64,000 nt of DNA from assembly GCF_009914755.1 (NCBI RefSeq), contig NC_060947.1. One strand, written 5' to 3'. Within the stretch, counting starts at the first letter, position 1. Each line of letters starts with the position of its first letter. Shown piece after piece: positions 20,828 through 34,720 of the stretch. The DNA comes from the human T2T-CHM13v2.0 reference genome, Homo sapiens. The position numbers and the translations under genes were made by a program. Under the pieces are notes generated by a model, which was not told the origin of the DNA, ran no database searches, and saw only the letters and a list, made by a program, of their open reading frames with translations.

Positions 20828-21262
20828 CAGATGTTCCTCAACTTACAATGAGGTTATGTTTGGATAAGCCCACTGTAAGTTAAAAATATCCTAAGTTGAA
20901 AATCCATTTAGCACCTAACCTACTGAACATTGTAGCTTAGCCTAGCCTTCAAATGTGCTCAGAATACTTACATTAGCCTGCAGTTGGGCAAAGATCATCT
21001 AACACAAAGCCAATTATGTAATAAAGTGCTGAATATCTCATGTAATTTCTGGAATACTGTAATTTAGTGAATACTTGTTTAAATATACTGTACAGTATTC
21101 AATAAATTACATAATTAAATATACTATACAGTATTCAATAAATTACACATTATATAAAGAATGATTGAAATAATGGTTGTACGGGTACTCAAAATATGGT
21201 GTCTACTAAATTGCATATCACTTTCACACTACGGTAAAGTAAAAAAATTGAAAGTAAATCAC
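20828..21262 (+). mobile_element. MER47/Tigger5-derived MITE with an internal rearrangement
   Basis: cagatgttcctcaacttacaatg...gcttagcctagcc...cagttgggcaaagatcatctaacacaaagcc. Confidence 0.8.
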
Positions 21263-22805
21263 TGCTAGAATATGGACAACACTGTCAAGAATGTCTAACA
21301 ATATTATTACTGAACATGTTTGTGCTTGATATAAATTTAATATAAAGTAGCAGCTTTTCAGGGCTCTGTTTTCACATATTCTTTTCCTAAACTTTAAGTA
21401 TACTGTTAGAAATACAAATTTGAAGTTTATACAATGTCAGTAGCTACTTACTTTGAAATTCCTGTTATTTTGCATATAACATTATATACTTTTATGTACT
21501 TTACTATAACTCTGTTTACATGTCTAATTCTTCAACTAGACTATGGGTATCCTGGTAATAAGGATGAGTCCTAATCATCATTGTATCATCAGCCTAGTAT
21601 AATGCTCAACAGAAGTGAAGTATTCGATATCTTTAAGTAAAGGAATAGTAGAAAAGTGTTCTTGCAGTGTTATATGAGTTGTGGAGAAAAAAGCACCACT
21701 GATGCTGGGGAAGAAGACTCAGTTATACATTTAAATTTACAAAACAAATTTATACCAAAAGAATGCTGTTTATTTGTGTTACATATTAGGATTCCACATA
21801 CAATTTCATTCGGAATAAAAGGGCTCTGCTGCTGAAAGAGTTAGAAAACTAATGTCATAGATGTTCTGCAACATTTTTACTTCATGAACTGATATAATTA
21901 AAAGTACAAATATATCAGCACCAAAAATGTAGGAAGGAGAGTCTCAGAAGAAAGGGTAGCTCTTAAAACTGAGTACATTTAGCTTTGCAAAATAGATTAC
22001 CCTTTTTAATTTTTCCCATTTTGACTTGATCATGAAACCTCATCACAGGCCAAAATATTGCACAGTATTTCAAATCTGGTTCATAACTCAATTCAGTAGC
22101 TGAATTGATGCTATTATTTTCCACATCAGCAGTCTATTTTCTCCACTGCAACATAGAGAATCCTCACTTATTGTAGTATACATAGAGGATAGTTATTTGA
22201 ACAGCAGACACTTGAATTTAAGGGAATCTCATATCCTGGTTTTAGAAACTACCCAATAGTTACAAGCAGGATTTAGACCTAGGGATGTTCTCATTTCTGG
22301 CTTACCACAGAACATTCATCATCAGAGAAATGCTGGTGTCATAAGCCAACTGGGCTACATATACATATATGAATGTATTTGGCAGTGGTGCTTTGGGCAT
22401 CCTTTGTTGCAAAATGAATTCCTCTATCTCAAAAGTAATTTTCCCCATGACTCAGTGGATTATTATTCCTATTTCTGCCACTGCTGCCAACGTTAATGCT
22501 TTAATACCTTACTTAACCAATATTCTCAAGTATTATGGTGTTTCACATAAAGACATTTTAAGCTGTGGTTCAGGTTCAATTTTAAATGCCTAAACTTCTT
22601 TTTTTAAAAACTGGGAATACCTTAAAAATGATTTATGCATCCTTTGAGTAATATACAAAATGGTACATATTTTCCTAATCACTCAGAATCCATCTGATAG
22701 TTGTTAATAACTGTTATTTGATGTAATTGATAGTTTTATGTTTCCTCCTTTGATGTCAGGCTGTCAATTGTCACTTCTACTGTTTGTATACCTATGTCTT
22801 GTAGC

Positions 22806-22806
22806 C

Positions 22807-22840
<34 letters not shown>
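22806..22840. repeat. (CT)n microsatellite
   Basis: Direct reading. Confidence 0.95.
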
Positions 22841-23589
22841 GTTGTTAATATGAAGGTCTAAGAAATAATTAAAGATGGTAGATTTTGGAAAAAAATAAGT
22901 CAGTAAGTTCTGATTTATAATGACAGGTGGGCCAGAGAGCTCACATAGCTAGAGACAGAACTAGGGCAGTAACCCAGTCCTCTCGTTCACAGTCACTATA
23001 TTTTCAATACCTGATCTAGGTAGTAGGATTCTTAACTGGAGGTATTCACTTCCTTGGGTTAGATTTATTCAGCCCCTGTGAGGTTTAGCACATACCATTA
23101 TGCTTGCTTTTCAGTTAATATAAAACATAACCCTGACTCTGAGAAACTGATTTCAAAAGTCTCCACTAATGGCATCAGGTTTCTTTCCTCATCCCAATAT
23201 CCATGCAAAAGCAAAAAACTACCTCACTTGGACCTTGAGATTGATAAATAAGGAAATCAATAAATAGCTGAACATTTAGATTTCAAATTTTCAAAAAGTA
23301 TTAATTCCCTTCCTTCCAATTTTACAAAATCAAAATTTAAAATATTACATCATACAAATGTACCTTTTAAATGAGAATATATATGAAACAGACTTGTCTT
23401 CAAGAGAATCTAGGCTAGCCTTTCCCATAAAGTGATTGTGTAGATTCACATCTTTTTCAAACTCCTTTTAAAGCAAAACCCCAAGTAGACTATCAATATA
23501 TAGAAAAAGTAGCTCTGCATAACCCATAGGACTCCATCAAACATGACTTAATTGTGCTGTAAGTTCTAGAGGCACTGCAGAAAATGAAG

Positions 23590-23785
23590 AGACTTCAGAG
23601 CCCAGCCTAGGTCGTTTACTCTATGCTTACAAGCCCTGTGGCTTTCATAGCTTTAATTTCCTCTTCTATAAAATGGAGATAATATCATTTGTCTCCCAGT
23701 GCTGCTTTGAGGATCATAGATAATGTACACAAAATCCTCAGCACAAAATTTGGCACATAGTAGTTCAATAAATGAGAGCTATTGT
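23590..23785 (+). mobile_element. MIR
   Basis: tttcctcttctataaaatggagataat...tggcacatagtagttcaataaatg. Confidence 0.7.
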
Positions 23786-25160
23786 AATTACCTCCTTGTG
23801 ACTTTGCTAAGTCACCTACATTAATTGGATAATAATAAAAAGTCTGAATGTCTCTTTAAAACATTAATATAATTTCTTTTATTTGTAGTTACACTGTTGA
23901 TAGAGAAAGTGTGGAAATCAGCTATGTCTTAGATCATTGCTTTGAAATCTAAATAAGAATCATTAGGTTTCAACATATTTATTGTACATATAGAAGGAAG
24001 CCTTGCTTTTAGAATTGAATGCAACTATTTTCCTGAATAAAAATTGTTATACTCAGTTTACCATAGAAATTCATAGTAGAAATATGTCCCCTCTGCCTCT
24101 CTGAAATGGATGGAAAAACACCAAGTGAAAATAAGTTATCCAAACACAGCATGGCAGAAGCTATTTTATTCCAAGTGTCAAAAGCAGGATGATGCAATCT
24201 CCTGGGTACACAGAAGTTGGATAAAAAGCAGGTAAGAGAAAGAAAATAAAAATGTTCCACTAGCAGCTGCCCTAGAATAAGGCAGCGGTACCAATACTAT
24301 AGATTTTTATTCATGCATTTGACAACAAGTGGCATTTTGCATCCAACTTTCCTCCTTTTAAGCTCACAGCATCTTAAGCATTCTTTGTATATTTAGGGGA
24401 AGTAGAGTTTGGGATCACAGAATCACAGGAAGATTATCAGAATTGAAAGGAACTTTACAGATAATTTGTCAACCTCCTCATTTTACTGATGTGAAAACTG
24501 AATTCCAGAGATGAATAACTGAGAAAAAATTGCTGAATATAAGAACAAGGAGGAATTCGAGTCCAGCTCAACTCTTATTTCCCTCTTTGCATTTTAACTT
24601 TCATAGAGAATTGCTCAGAATTGGCCCTCAAATGGAGTCAAATGATGAACCATAAATAATCATTATATTTAATACTTATTATAAAACATTTTACTGACTA
24701 GTCAGGCCATAAATTATAGGGCTACTGTCAAGTAAATTTTAAAAGCAAATTTGAAATATTAATATCTTAGTCAAAATACCATTTTTCAGCACTATCAAAG
24801 CCTCAGAGACTAAGAGTAATTAGTTCTGCTTTAGGATTTAGAGAGATTCAGAAGATTCAAAATGGGTAACATTTTTAAGGTAGCTGGCAATCTTTGCCTA
24901 TAACACAGTCTGAGCTGTCTGGGTGACTATGGAAGGAGACAATACCAATCTAGAACATCCATCTCTCTACTTTCAGAATATGTACAGTACTTATTACCTA
25001 CTTTGTTGGTTCTTAACCTTTTTCAGGTTAGAATCTCTTAGAGAAAGATGACAGCTGTAGACAGTCTTCCCAAGAAAATGCATATGCTACCATACAAAAT
25101 TTTGCACACAATTTCAAAGAGTTTAGCAAGTCCACAGTGGGATCAAGAATTGCTGTTCTA

Positions 25161-25377
25161 CAATGAGAACATATGGGCACAGGGAGAGGAACATCACATA
25201 CTGGGGCCTGTCAGGGGGTGGGGGGCAAGAGGAGGGATAGCATTAGGAGAAATACCTAATGTAGATGACGGGTTGATGGGTGCAGCAAACCACCATGGCA
25301 CATGTATACCTATGTAACAAACCTGCACGTTCTGCACATGTATCCCAGAATTTAAAAGATAATTTTTTTAAAAAAAA
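25161..25377 (+). mobile_element. 5'-truncated L1PA7-like 3' end
   Basis: L1 3' UTR with G-rich tract; TSD tgctgttcta on both sides. Confidence 0.9.
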
Positions 25378-27921
25378 TGCTGTTCTATCATTCATCTCAG
25401 TTAATATGCGCTTCCTTGTATTGTTATTTATTCCCACCCATGTGTGTCCTGGCTTCACTAGATCAAAAGCTGCTCAAAGTTGGGGATGGATCTTATAACC
25501 CTCTATGTATCCATAGCCTAGGTGCATTGTTTAGCCCATGGTAGAGATTCAAATATATGCTAATAATTAAATCTTAATAGAAGGTAACTTATTTTGTGCC
25601 CACTATGGCCCAGTGCTGTTTAAGGAAATGAGGATTCAAAGATTATAAATATAAAAGCCATCCTTCAACAACTCACAGTCTAATGAAAGAGATAAATAAG
25701 TAAACATATGATTACAATGGGAGGCTTGGGGAGGCTACAGATGGTAAAACATGGGGAAAAGAGGACAGCATAGAAACTGGTGGGAACTGATACTCTCATA
25801 TTCCTAGTTTTGGAGGGGATGGTAGGTTAGAAGATTAGGAAGATGGAAAACCTCCTGTAAATGAAGCACGCTTGAGCTAAGTCCAACAACAACAAAATGA
25901 GTTATGAGTTACCCAGAAGAGAGGTAAAACTGTAGAGAAGCAAAAAGAGAGAAAGCGAGCAAGAGAGAGCGACCGCGTGCGTGTCAGAGAGAGAAAGCTT
26001 GGACCAGAAAAGTATCCCTTATTTTTTTACTATTGTTTCATCCCTATAGTTAATCTAACCCTAGTCCCTAAACACCTTGTGCAAATATTGCTCCAAAGAC
26101 AGAAGTCAAAATGATCATGCTAATCGAATTGTGTCAGCACAGTCTTCTTATATACTATAACAAAGGGATTTTTGCATTTATAAAGGTGACAAGTGTTACT
26201 CAAGATAGAGCTCAACTTATTTATGGAAGAGGGCTCTGAGTCCATATGTCATTCTCCTGTTCTATACTCCAAGAAAAAGGTCTGGACTGAACATATTCCA
26301 CATAAATGAACCAAGAGACTTAATCACAGCCAGATGGTGTGAGTCAAGTTAAAGCTCCTTTTTTTTTTTTTTTTTTTTTGGTAGACTGAAGGGAAGTTAA
26401 TCGTTCACTTTTGTTGGGTATTAAACTATTGATAACAGTACCATTAACTTTGATTACAGTCAGGCATTCCTTTCAGTTAAAGAAAATTGGTCAGTATAGT
26501 AGTTATCTTGTTACCAGAAATTACATGAGGTAGATTTAGACCAAAAATAACTTGATTAGAGTAGGAAACAAAAACTCATTTAGAGCTATTACCTCAAATA
26601 CTTCTAAAGGTTCTGGGAAAAGGGATACGATTTGTAATTTATTTCCTCATACTTAAAAGCATGTTCAAAACTTTACAATTTAATAAGCACTTCCATTTCA
26701 TCTTCACAACAGCTTTATAAGGTTGGCAGGTCAGTTATGCATTACAGATGAGTAAGCTTTGCAGGAGGCTATATGACCTGTCCTAACTCACAGGCTTAAG
26801 ATAAACTGGGATTAGAAATTGATTTGACTCATATTCCAGTGCTCTTCCCTTTATTATGCTAATACAACTACACTTTCTTTATTATCCTTTAAACTGTAGT
26901 GATAAGTAGGCCTTTTAGTCATCTACTATGTTGATGAAATGACCTATCGGTGCCCATCAAGGGTTCATATTTTATTCTCGGCCAGTCCGGCACATGATAT
27001 AATGTTAACAATATTCTCAGTATGGCTTACATAATTCTTTCACCAAATGTCTTTCTATGTTGTAGGCTTACAAACGAATGAAGCTAAAAGAGCTTTAACA
27101 TGAGCTATCAAACAACTACTATTACTCACATTTTATTATTTTGCCAAGTTTCATTCAGTGGCAGTATACCAAGCTATTCTATTTTCCATAATACCAACTC
27201 CTTGAAGAAGAGGAATTACAACATTTCCGTTGTGAAAAACAATTTCATCCTTTAATTCAGGGCTTTAGACAGCTTGGTTCTAAACTCTGACCTCATTTCT
27301 TAAGTGGGAACACAGGTGCAATTGATGAATTTTATAGCTTTAGGGAACTATATGAGTTTCCTCATGTGTTAAATCCTATTATTAAGCAAGCAATCATCTT
27401 AGTTTGGAGGCTTGGTGTTAAGCACTTTACCTCCTTACCGGTCACCTCCACCCAGGAAAAGAAGTGAAGTTCAACAAAAGCTATCTGCCCTAGTACTGCA
27501 CTCAAAACCTACACCTACACCCTAAACCTCTGGCAAACTCCTGTTGCCTTGCCTCTGTTCTCGCACAGTTTCCCAACAATTTCAAAGAGGACGAATTCAC
27601 TAAAGGACAGGTGACAGAAGCTCTCAGAGTGGGAGGGCTCGCGCTCTAAATCTCAAACCAGTGCGGCGACTCCCCTGACCATTCTTTAAAGCAGTCCCAC
27701 CTCCCCTGATTCTAGGATGGCAGCGAGTCCCAGGAAAAAAAAAAACAAAAAACAGAAAAACTAAAACCAAGCTGCTGGAGCCCACCAATCGGTGCCAGCG
27801 CTCTCAGCCCTCCACAGCTAGACCAAAAAGGTCACTACCAGGCACCTCCCAGGGTCCCAACCTCTGCCCTCCCCACCTTTCCCTATGCCCTAAGAGCAGC
27901 TTTTCAAACAGGAAAGGATAC

Positions 27922-28075
27922 TCCCCATATTCGACGTGGTCCCACGACTTTTCGCGGGAGGCGAGTGCCCGGGGCAGCAGCACGAGTGGGATGTGAGGTC
28001 GCCCAGAGTCCTGCGCTAGTCCTGAATAGCCGGCACGCGCAGCTACTAGGTTTGCAATCCCATTTCCTGTTTCTG
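27922..28075 (-). pseudogene. CHMP1B2P: CHMP1B2P exon 1 (5' UTR plus 16 nt coding remnant at 27922-27937); upstream end approximate
   Basis: Minus strand ACC ACG TCG AAT ATG GGG A|gtatcc matches M S N M E K of CHMP1B with ATG>ACG and E>G. Confidence 0.85.
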
Positions 28076-28300
28076 CTCCTGGACCGAGGGGGCGGGGCCG
28101 GGTGCCTCCGAGGGGCGGGGCTGGTGCAACTCCAAAATGGCTGCCGCGGGGAGCGGCGATTAGAACGGGTTCCAGTCGCTTGGGGGCGTTGGGGGGCTGG
28201 AGGGCAAGAGGTTACGCGCCCCAGCTCCCACCTTGGGTCCTTCGCCTGCACCCAGTCTAACCTGGCACCTAAAGGTTTCGTCACCCAGCCAACCTTCTAG
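27930..28300. promoter_or_regulatory. CpG island / bidirectional promoter
   Basis: Only CpG-dense non-repeat tract in the window. GC boxes GGGGCGGGGC at ~28089 and ~28112, YY1-like CAAAATGGCTGCC at 28133, ETS-like TTTCCTGT at ~28063. Confidence 0.85.
28214..28274 (+). other. TENT5D: Candidate non-coding first exon of TENT5D (start approximate)
   Basis: Donor AAG|gtttcg at 28274/28275 and an 85 nt intron to the next acceptor. Gene identity from recalled head-to-head synteny with CHMP1B2P. Confidence 0.5.
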
Positions 28301-28359
28301 TTCTTTCTTTTGTCCTACTCCAAAGTCTTCTTAACCTTCCGCCCCACCTCTTTCCTCAG

Positions 28360-28426
28360 ATTTCACTCTGTCCTTGGCCCCTCACCATTGTCTCAGAGTT
28401 TAAGCCTTAACGGATGAAGGAAAAAG
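28360..28426 (+). other. TENT5D: Candidate 5' UTR exon (67 nt) of TENT5D
   Basis: Pyrimidine tract ctctttcctcag| and donor AAG|gtatag. Confidence 0.55.
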
Positions 28427-30484
28427 GTATAGGGCTTTTAACGTATTTTTCAAAAAATTATAGTCGTATAAAATAAGGGTCTAAGGGATAGCGCGGCTGG
28501 TAAATTTGAGGTGTGAAGTTCACTTATGGCGTTAAAAAGCTTCGTGATCCTTAAAGTTGTAGGCTAGACTTAATAGGTAAAGTTTATGTGAAATATGTAT
28601 TCGCACTAACTTTTTTTTTCAATATATATATAAGATACGAAAATTACTACAAAGTCTATAATGTGCAAGGAGGTTAAGTGAAATACTAGATAGTAGTTGG
28701 CGTTTTATATGTGACATGAAAATGTTCCAAAGTTATTAGACACTATGGATTTATGGAAAGGAAGGGCATCCTGGGAATTGTCGATTCGTTTCAATTCAAA
28801 ACCCTTGGAAATTCCAAGGAAGAACTGAGATTTTGCTTTGGGGAAAACAATTAGTATATTCTCTTACTAAGGAATTTAACAAGTTTGACGAATTTTTTTC
28901 CCATCTTTAGTGTTTCAATATATAGGGGAAATAAGCATCTAATTGGATAAGTTTCTTTTTATCTTTGTTTCTTTTTGAAAGAAAGATGGATCTAAAAACT
29001 ACTGTTTTACTCTTTAGTGTTAATGTAATTGGTGGTAGGCTTCAGACTGTTACCCTAACTACAAACCTTCGATGCTGGAAAAACAAACCTTTTAAAATAC
29101 AAGGTTCTAGGAAAGTACAGCCTGGAAACCACTTCAGTAGGTGAAACTGTATAAAGATTGCTTTATTTTTGATGTCCCTATATATTTGAGAATTAAGACT
29201 TTACAGAAACAGATAAAACTTAGTAGATTTCATCACTGTTTGATCAGTTTCTATACTAGATAAACAGTTGTATTTCGCTGTTGGAGAACTTCTTTTGGTA
29301 TAAAGATAAAAAACATTAAAAAAAAAGATTTTCCCTGGACTCTTAGTATTTTTTTAACACAGCTATTTCAAAAAAATCCATATATAGACCAGAACAATCC
29401 ACTAAAGCTAAAGCATTTTCAAGTTTCATATAAAGTTCCTAGACTTATATGTAGCTAAGCTATAAGAATAAGCCTTTTTTAAAAAGTGTTTTGAAAATGT
29501 TTTGTGGAATTTCTTAAGGAAAAGGTCTTTAGGATAGGATCAGTTTTTTAGTAAAATTAAAATCTGAAGATATTTGTTGTTAGGGTATTTGTTGTTGATG
29601 TCCGCCTTAAGTAAAAGACGAATCGTAGCCTGTGCTGACCATTTAGAAAATTAAGAAGTGGTTTTTGTTTTTGTGAGTTCCAAACTAAATTTGACTCCAA
29701 AAATTTCCCTCTTGTTTTTTCTTAGATATCTGATTTCTTAAAGCGAGGTTTATATTTTTCTTAACACTTAGGCACAGAAATAGCATTATTTATTTAAAGT
29801 ACATGTGTATTCATTCATTTATAACTGGTGTTGTTAAAAGCAACGAACAAATCTGTTAAAGTAAAACTTTTTATTATAGAGAAAATATAAAAAGGAAAGA
29901 AAATATAACATTTTAGTTGTATATTAAATATTGAATACCTATAAAATATTTATAAAATGTGTGTGCAAAATAAAAGCAATATTACAAATATATACTTGTG
30001 AACTATCACCCAATTTAAGCAAAAGGATATTATACCCTTTAAGTTCCCTTGTATACTCCTTTCTAATCACATTTATTTTCTTCATTTTTAGAGGCAGCTG
30101 CTGTCTTGAATTTATGTATAATTTTTCTGTTTTATAGTTGTGCTATAGTATTTGCATCTTTAACCAGCATATCCTTTAGTGATGCCTATTTTTTAATTTT
30201 GTATACATGAAATGATACTGCTTTTCTTCTTCTGTGATTTTTGTAACTCATAATGTTCCTCAACCAGGTTATTGTGCATAGGTATGGCTCGCTTATTCAT
30301 TTTCACTGTTCTAGAGTTTTCCACCATATGAATATATTGTAATTTATCTGTTCTGGTGATGGACATTTGGGTCGTTTCCAGTAAATATGTTAGGATGAAA
30401 TCTGGATATGCTTATTTTATCATAGTAATGATTAAGGTTAACTTTTAAAAATCCAAATGTTATCTTTAAAAATATAATTTTCCT

Positions 30485-30757
30485 TTTTTTTTTTGGAGTT
30501 GGAGTCTCGCTCTGTTGCCCAGGCTGGAGTGCAGTGCAATCTTGGCTCGCTGCAACTTCTGCTTCCTGGGTTCAAGAGATTCTCCTGCCTCAGCCTCCCG
30601 AGTAGCTGGGACTACAGGCCCACGCCGCCACACCCGGCTAATTTTTTGTATTTTAGTAGAGACGGGGTTTCACCGTGTTGCCCAGGCTAGTCTCAAACTC
30701 CTGAGCTCAGGCAATCCACCTGCGTCGGCCTCCCAAAGTGCTAGGATTACAGGCGTG
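30485..30757 (-). mobile_element. AluS, slightly 5'-truncated
   Basis: TSD ataattttcct at 30474-30484 and 30758-30768. Confidence 0.93.
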
Positions 30758-32565
30758 ATAATTTTCCTCTTTCACTGTAGGCACAATTATTCATTCTTTA
30801 TTATATTTATTCAGATTTTTTGTTTTGGATCATCTTACATCTTGGCTTTGCTTCTTCCTGTCTACCAGATTTAGTAATACCTTCTACCCTGTTTCACCTA
30901 AATAGGTTGCTACCTTTTTCTCCTTTCACCGTTAGAACAGGGCTACAATAGTAGAGACAATAGATGTAGGATCTTCCAAATTGTTCTTTGGGGACCTAAT
31001 TAACTCTACTTATGAAAGCTTAGCTAAAGTAACATCAGTCACATATTGATAAATCAGATATGGCGGATACTTAGAAGGTGTGAATTTGACTGGGATAATT
31101 GAGATGTAAAGAACCAATACAGTATCTTAACTCAGCAGCTATTGAACATGTTAAAATTTGACATGAGCAAAACTAATGTGGAAAATTGTAATTCCTCTGT
31201 AAATTGAGTAATTTTTTTATGATTAATTATGCTTAGTTCTCTAAATGTTTTGAACCCAGTGTATTACAGAGAACAAACTTTGTTTAAGTTAAAAACATTT
31301 ATGAAACAATTCCAGTCAAGATTCTAAGCCACTTAATTTTTAATATTATGATTGTTTTGTGTTAACACATTTTTTGTTGTCTTCTAACAAATGATTTTAA
31401 GATGATCAGAAAATTAAATGGTACTTGACAAACTCCCATTGAAGTAAAAAGAGTTCACTAGAAATGAAGAGAGCATAGTGTCATATTTCTCAAACTTTGA
31501 TGTCCTTTTTAAAAATGCAGATTACTGGGCCTCACTTCTGCAGATTCTGATAGAGTAAATTTGCAGTGAGATCCAGGAATCTGTGTTTTGCTTCTGTTTG
31601 CATAATGGAAATAAGTACTATAGAATTATACAAATCATTTATTGCATAAAATAGCTTAACTGGGCTGAAACTTAATAGTTTACAGAATGTCTCATATACA
31701 TCATTTCATTTGATACCTAAGGTAATCTGAGGTAATCTGGCCAGGTATTATCCTTTATTTTTAACCAATTAGAAAAACAACAAAAAAATTCCAAAACAAA
31801 CACAGCAACAACAACAAAAACAGAAGCTCAGAGAGATTATTTGGTTTGCCTAGGTATTCAACCTAGGTCTTCTTGATTCCCAGTGCAGTACTTTTGAATG
31901 TGTGTAGCAGATAGGCAAAGCAGAATCACAAATAAGACCACTTCTGTTGCTTGGTTTCTATAGCTCAGGTGCCCATTTAGTATAAGAGTAAAATGAGGAC
32001 TTATTCTAGCTGACTGGAAATCTTTCTAGTTTGTATATGAAGAAATAGACTCAGTTTCCTAAAAATTTGAGAGAGGTCGAAACTGAGGGTCTTTCCTACT
32101 TATAATAGAAAAACTGTTTTTTCCCCCTGGGCAAGCAGAGTACACTTTGCTGGTTTCATAGTTCTGGTGTTTTAGGTTTAATTTGAACATTAGACTAGCC
32201 TAGAACTCTTCAAGTGACAAGTAAAAAGATTAGAGCTACAGAAGAGGTAAAGCACTATTAAGAGAAGCAAATAGATGATATTGTAGGGAACAGAAGCTTA
32301 AAGACAAGAGAAGTGGGTTTTAGTGGTGGTCACAGGTGACCTGAAAAACTATCCAATTCATAATTTGGAAGTGACAAATAAACATAAGGAGACAAGATGA
32401 GAAGCTGAATGTAGGATTTAAATGAATAGAATAAAATGAAAAAAAAAGTCTTGGAAAATTAGAAAAAATAAATCTACATGTTTACTATTTCTCAAAGTGC
32501 TAATATTTGATCTTTATTTTAATAACAAATATCACGTTTGGTGATTATAATAGATAGTTATCGGA

Positions 32566-32566
<1 letters not shown>

Positions 32567-32606
<40 letters not shown>
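32567..32606. repeat. (TA)n(GA)n compound microsatellite
   Basis: Direct reading. Confidence 0.95.
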
Positions 32607-33348
32607 TTATCAAAAAGATTGTTTCTCTAAAAATCTTTGATTTTAACAGAATATCCAAGACATATAATTTCTGTTTGACAGGAAACCTTTTCAAAACTTG
32701 AATAATAAAAATGAAGTTTTATTATTACTTGAGTTGATTGATTATTAAAAGATGATATGGTAGGAAATAATAAAACATTTGCTATTATTACAGATACTTT
32801 AGGGATAATTCCAAATTAGGTTTGAGAATTGTAGGATTCAAAAATTCTTCAATGTAAGCATAGTGCTCAGAAAACTCATTTTTAATAAACATTTTCCTTA
32901 TCTCTATGATTTTACTATCCAAGAGCTGTTTGAAAAAAAACTCTTAAGGGAAGAAAAAGCAAAAAGAACAGACTTATCAGAAGGGCAGGTGAGGGCAAGG
33001 TTAAAAACAAAGCAAAACAAAAAAGGCTCTCTTAAAGGACTATACTACTCTGGACTCCTGTATCCCATTTTACTGACCATAGAACCTACACATTTAATTC
33101 TAGATATGGCTTTTATTTACTGTTACTTTCTTACTACTCTTCATTCTAGATTGATTCTCGAGTCTCTAATCCAAAATCTGTCAAAGTCATGGTTGTTACT
33201 ACTTTACCTGGTAATTGGTTGGAACAGAGTGTAGCATGCTTTGTAAATTTCTCAATTTCTCTATGTTTTATTACCCACATTCTATGATTTTTGAATATTT
33301 TTTCTAAAATTTGCAATAGTATGTACCAAAATTCTCACCTCTAGATCA

Positions 33349-33552
33349 TAGTTTCTCAAGCAGAACTGTAGACATTTCGGTCTGTACAATGTTTTGAGGA
33401 GACTGTCCTGTGTAGTGTAATACTTAGCAGCATCTCTGACCTCTACTGCCCAAATGCCAATAGCACCTTCTTTCCCAAGTTTTGACAGCCCAAAATGTCT
33501 CCAGACATTGCCAAATATCCTTTGAAGGACAGAATCACCCCCAGATAACCAT
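33349..33552 (+). mobile_element. MER20
   Basis: gtttctcaa...ttagcagcatctctgacctctac...aaaatgtctccagacattgccaaat. Confidence 0.8.
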
Positions 33553-33637
33553 TTATCTAGCTATAGAATTATCTAATGCTGTCTTTACATTAAACCAACA
33601 GACAAATGATGACAATAGCAACAGAAATATCTTTCAG

Positions 33638-33715
33638 CCCACTCTTTTTCAGGATTAGCCACAGCAAGAGCAAAACACCCACTCTTTTTCAGGATTAGCC
33701 ACAGCAAGAGCAAAA
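33638..33715. repeat. Perfect tandem duplication, period 40
   Basis: cccactctttttcaggattagccacagcaagagcaaaa x2. Confidence 0.97.
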
Positions 33716-34392
33716 TAACAACATCATTCCTAGCTTTTGAACCAGTTTTCTAAAGTTGGTAAAATATGAATCCAATACTTTGAAGTCATTGTAAAAATTT
33801 TCACTTTGGAGGCAGTGGAAAGAACAGGGCATTTGGAATCATTCATTTGTGACTATGCACATTTGCAAAAATTCTCTGAAGTATTTACCAGAAGTGGGAT
33901 TACTGAGACACAGGGTAGAAATAGCTATTTTACTGTAAATAAAAGAAATACTATTTTATATGTTAAAAGATTTTATATATTGCAAATGATGATTCAGAAA
34001 GGAGTTAAATTAGCATACATCTTACGGAAAAGCTGGCTTTTATATGGGATTTGTGCCTTAAAAGTCAGACATGACTGCTTATTTCAAAAACAGTTCAATG
34101 AAATATTGATTGCCTACTGTGTGCTCAGCATTGCTCATCTGACATTATCAGAAACAGAATACTGAGCTGGATAGACTATGGGTCTGATCCAAAATGGCTT
34201 TTATTATGTTCTTGTTCAGTCAAAAGGAAATACTATTTACAGGACAAGATCAGTGTATAAGGCAAAAGTCCATAAAGCATATCAGGTTAAATTCCTATCT
34301 GATTTGCATAGCTAGCTCTGATCTAGGTTGGTAGTATGCTTTCATCCTCTCTAAACCTCAGAATTGTAAAAACCATTGTTTGTCAGTTGTAG

Positions 34393-34720
<328 letters not shown>

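Noticed and set aside
22000-22145. Possible minus-strand cassette exon (ttgcag acceptor, gtaatc donor) within the U12 intron
   Set aside because: Weak sites, no CHMP1-like coding, and U2-type sites would be awkward inside a U12 intron; unsupported without RNA data.
27904-28300. 126 aa (minus) and 111 aa (plus) ORFs over the CpG island
   Set aside because: They start at non-ATG codons, are expected by chance in GC-rich DNA, and resemble no protein. The real coding remnant is the 16 nt in another frame.
32863-34165. 123 aa and 119 aa ORFs in unique intronic sequence
   Set aside because: Non-ATG starts, no recognisable domain, AT-rich random composition.
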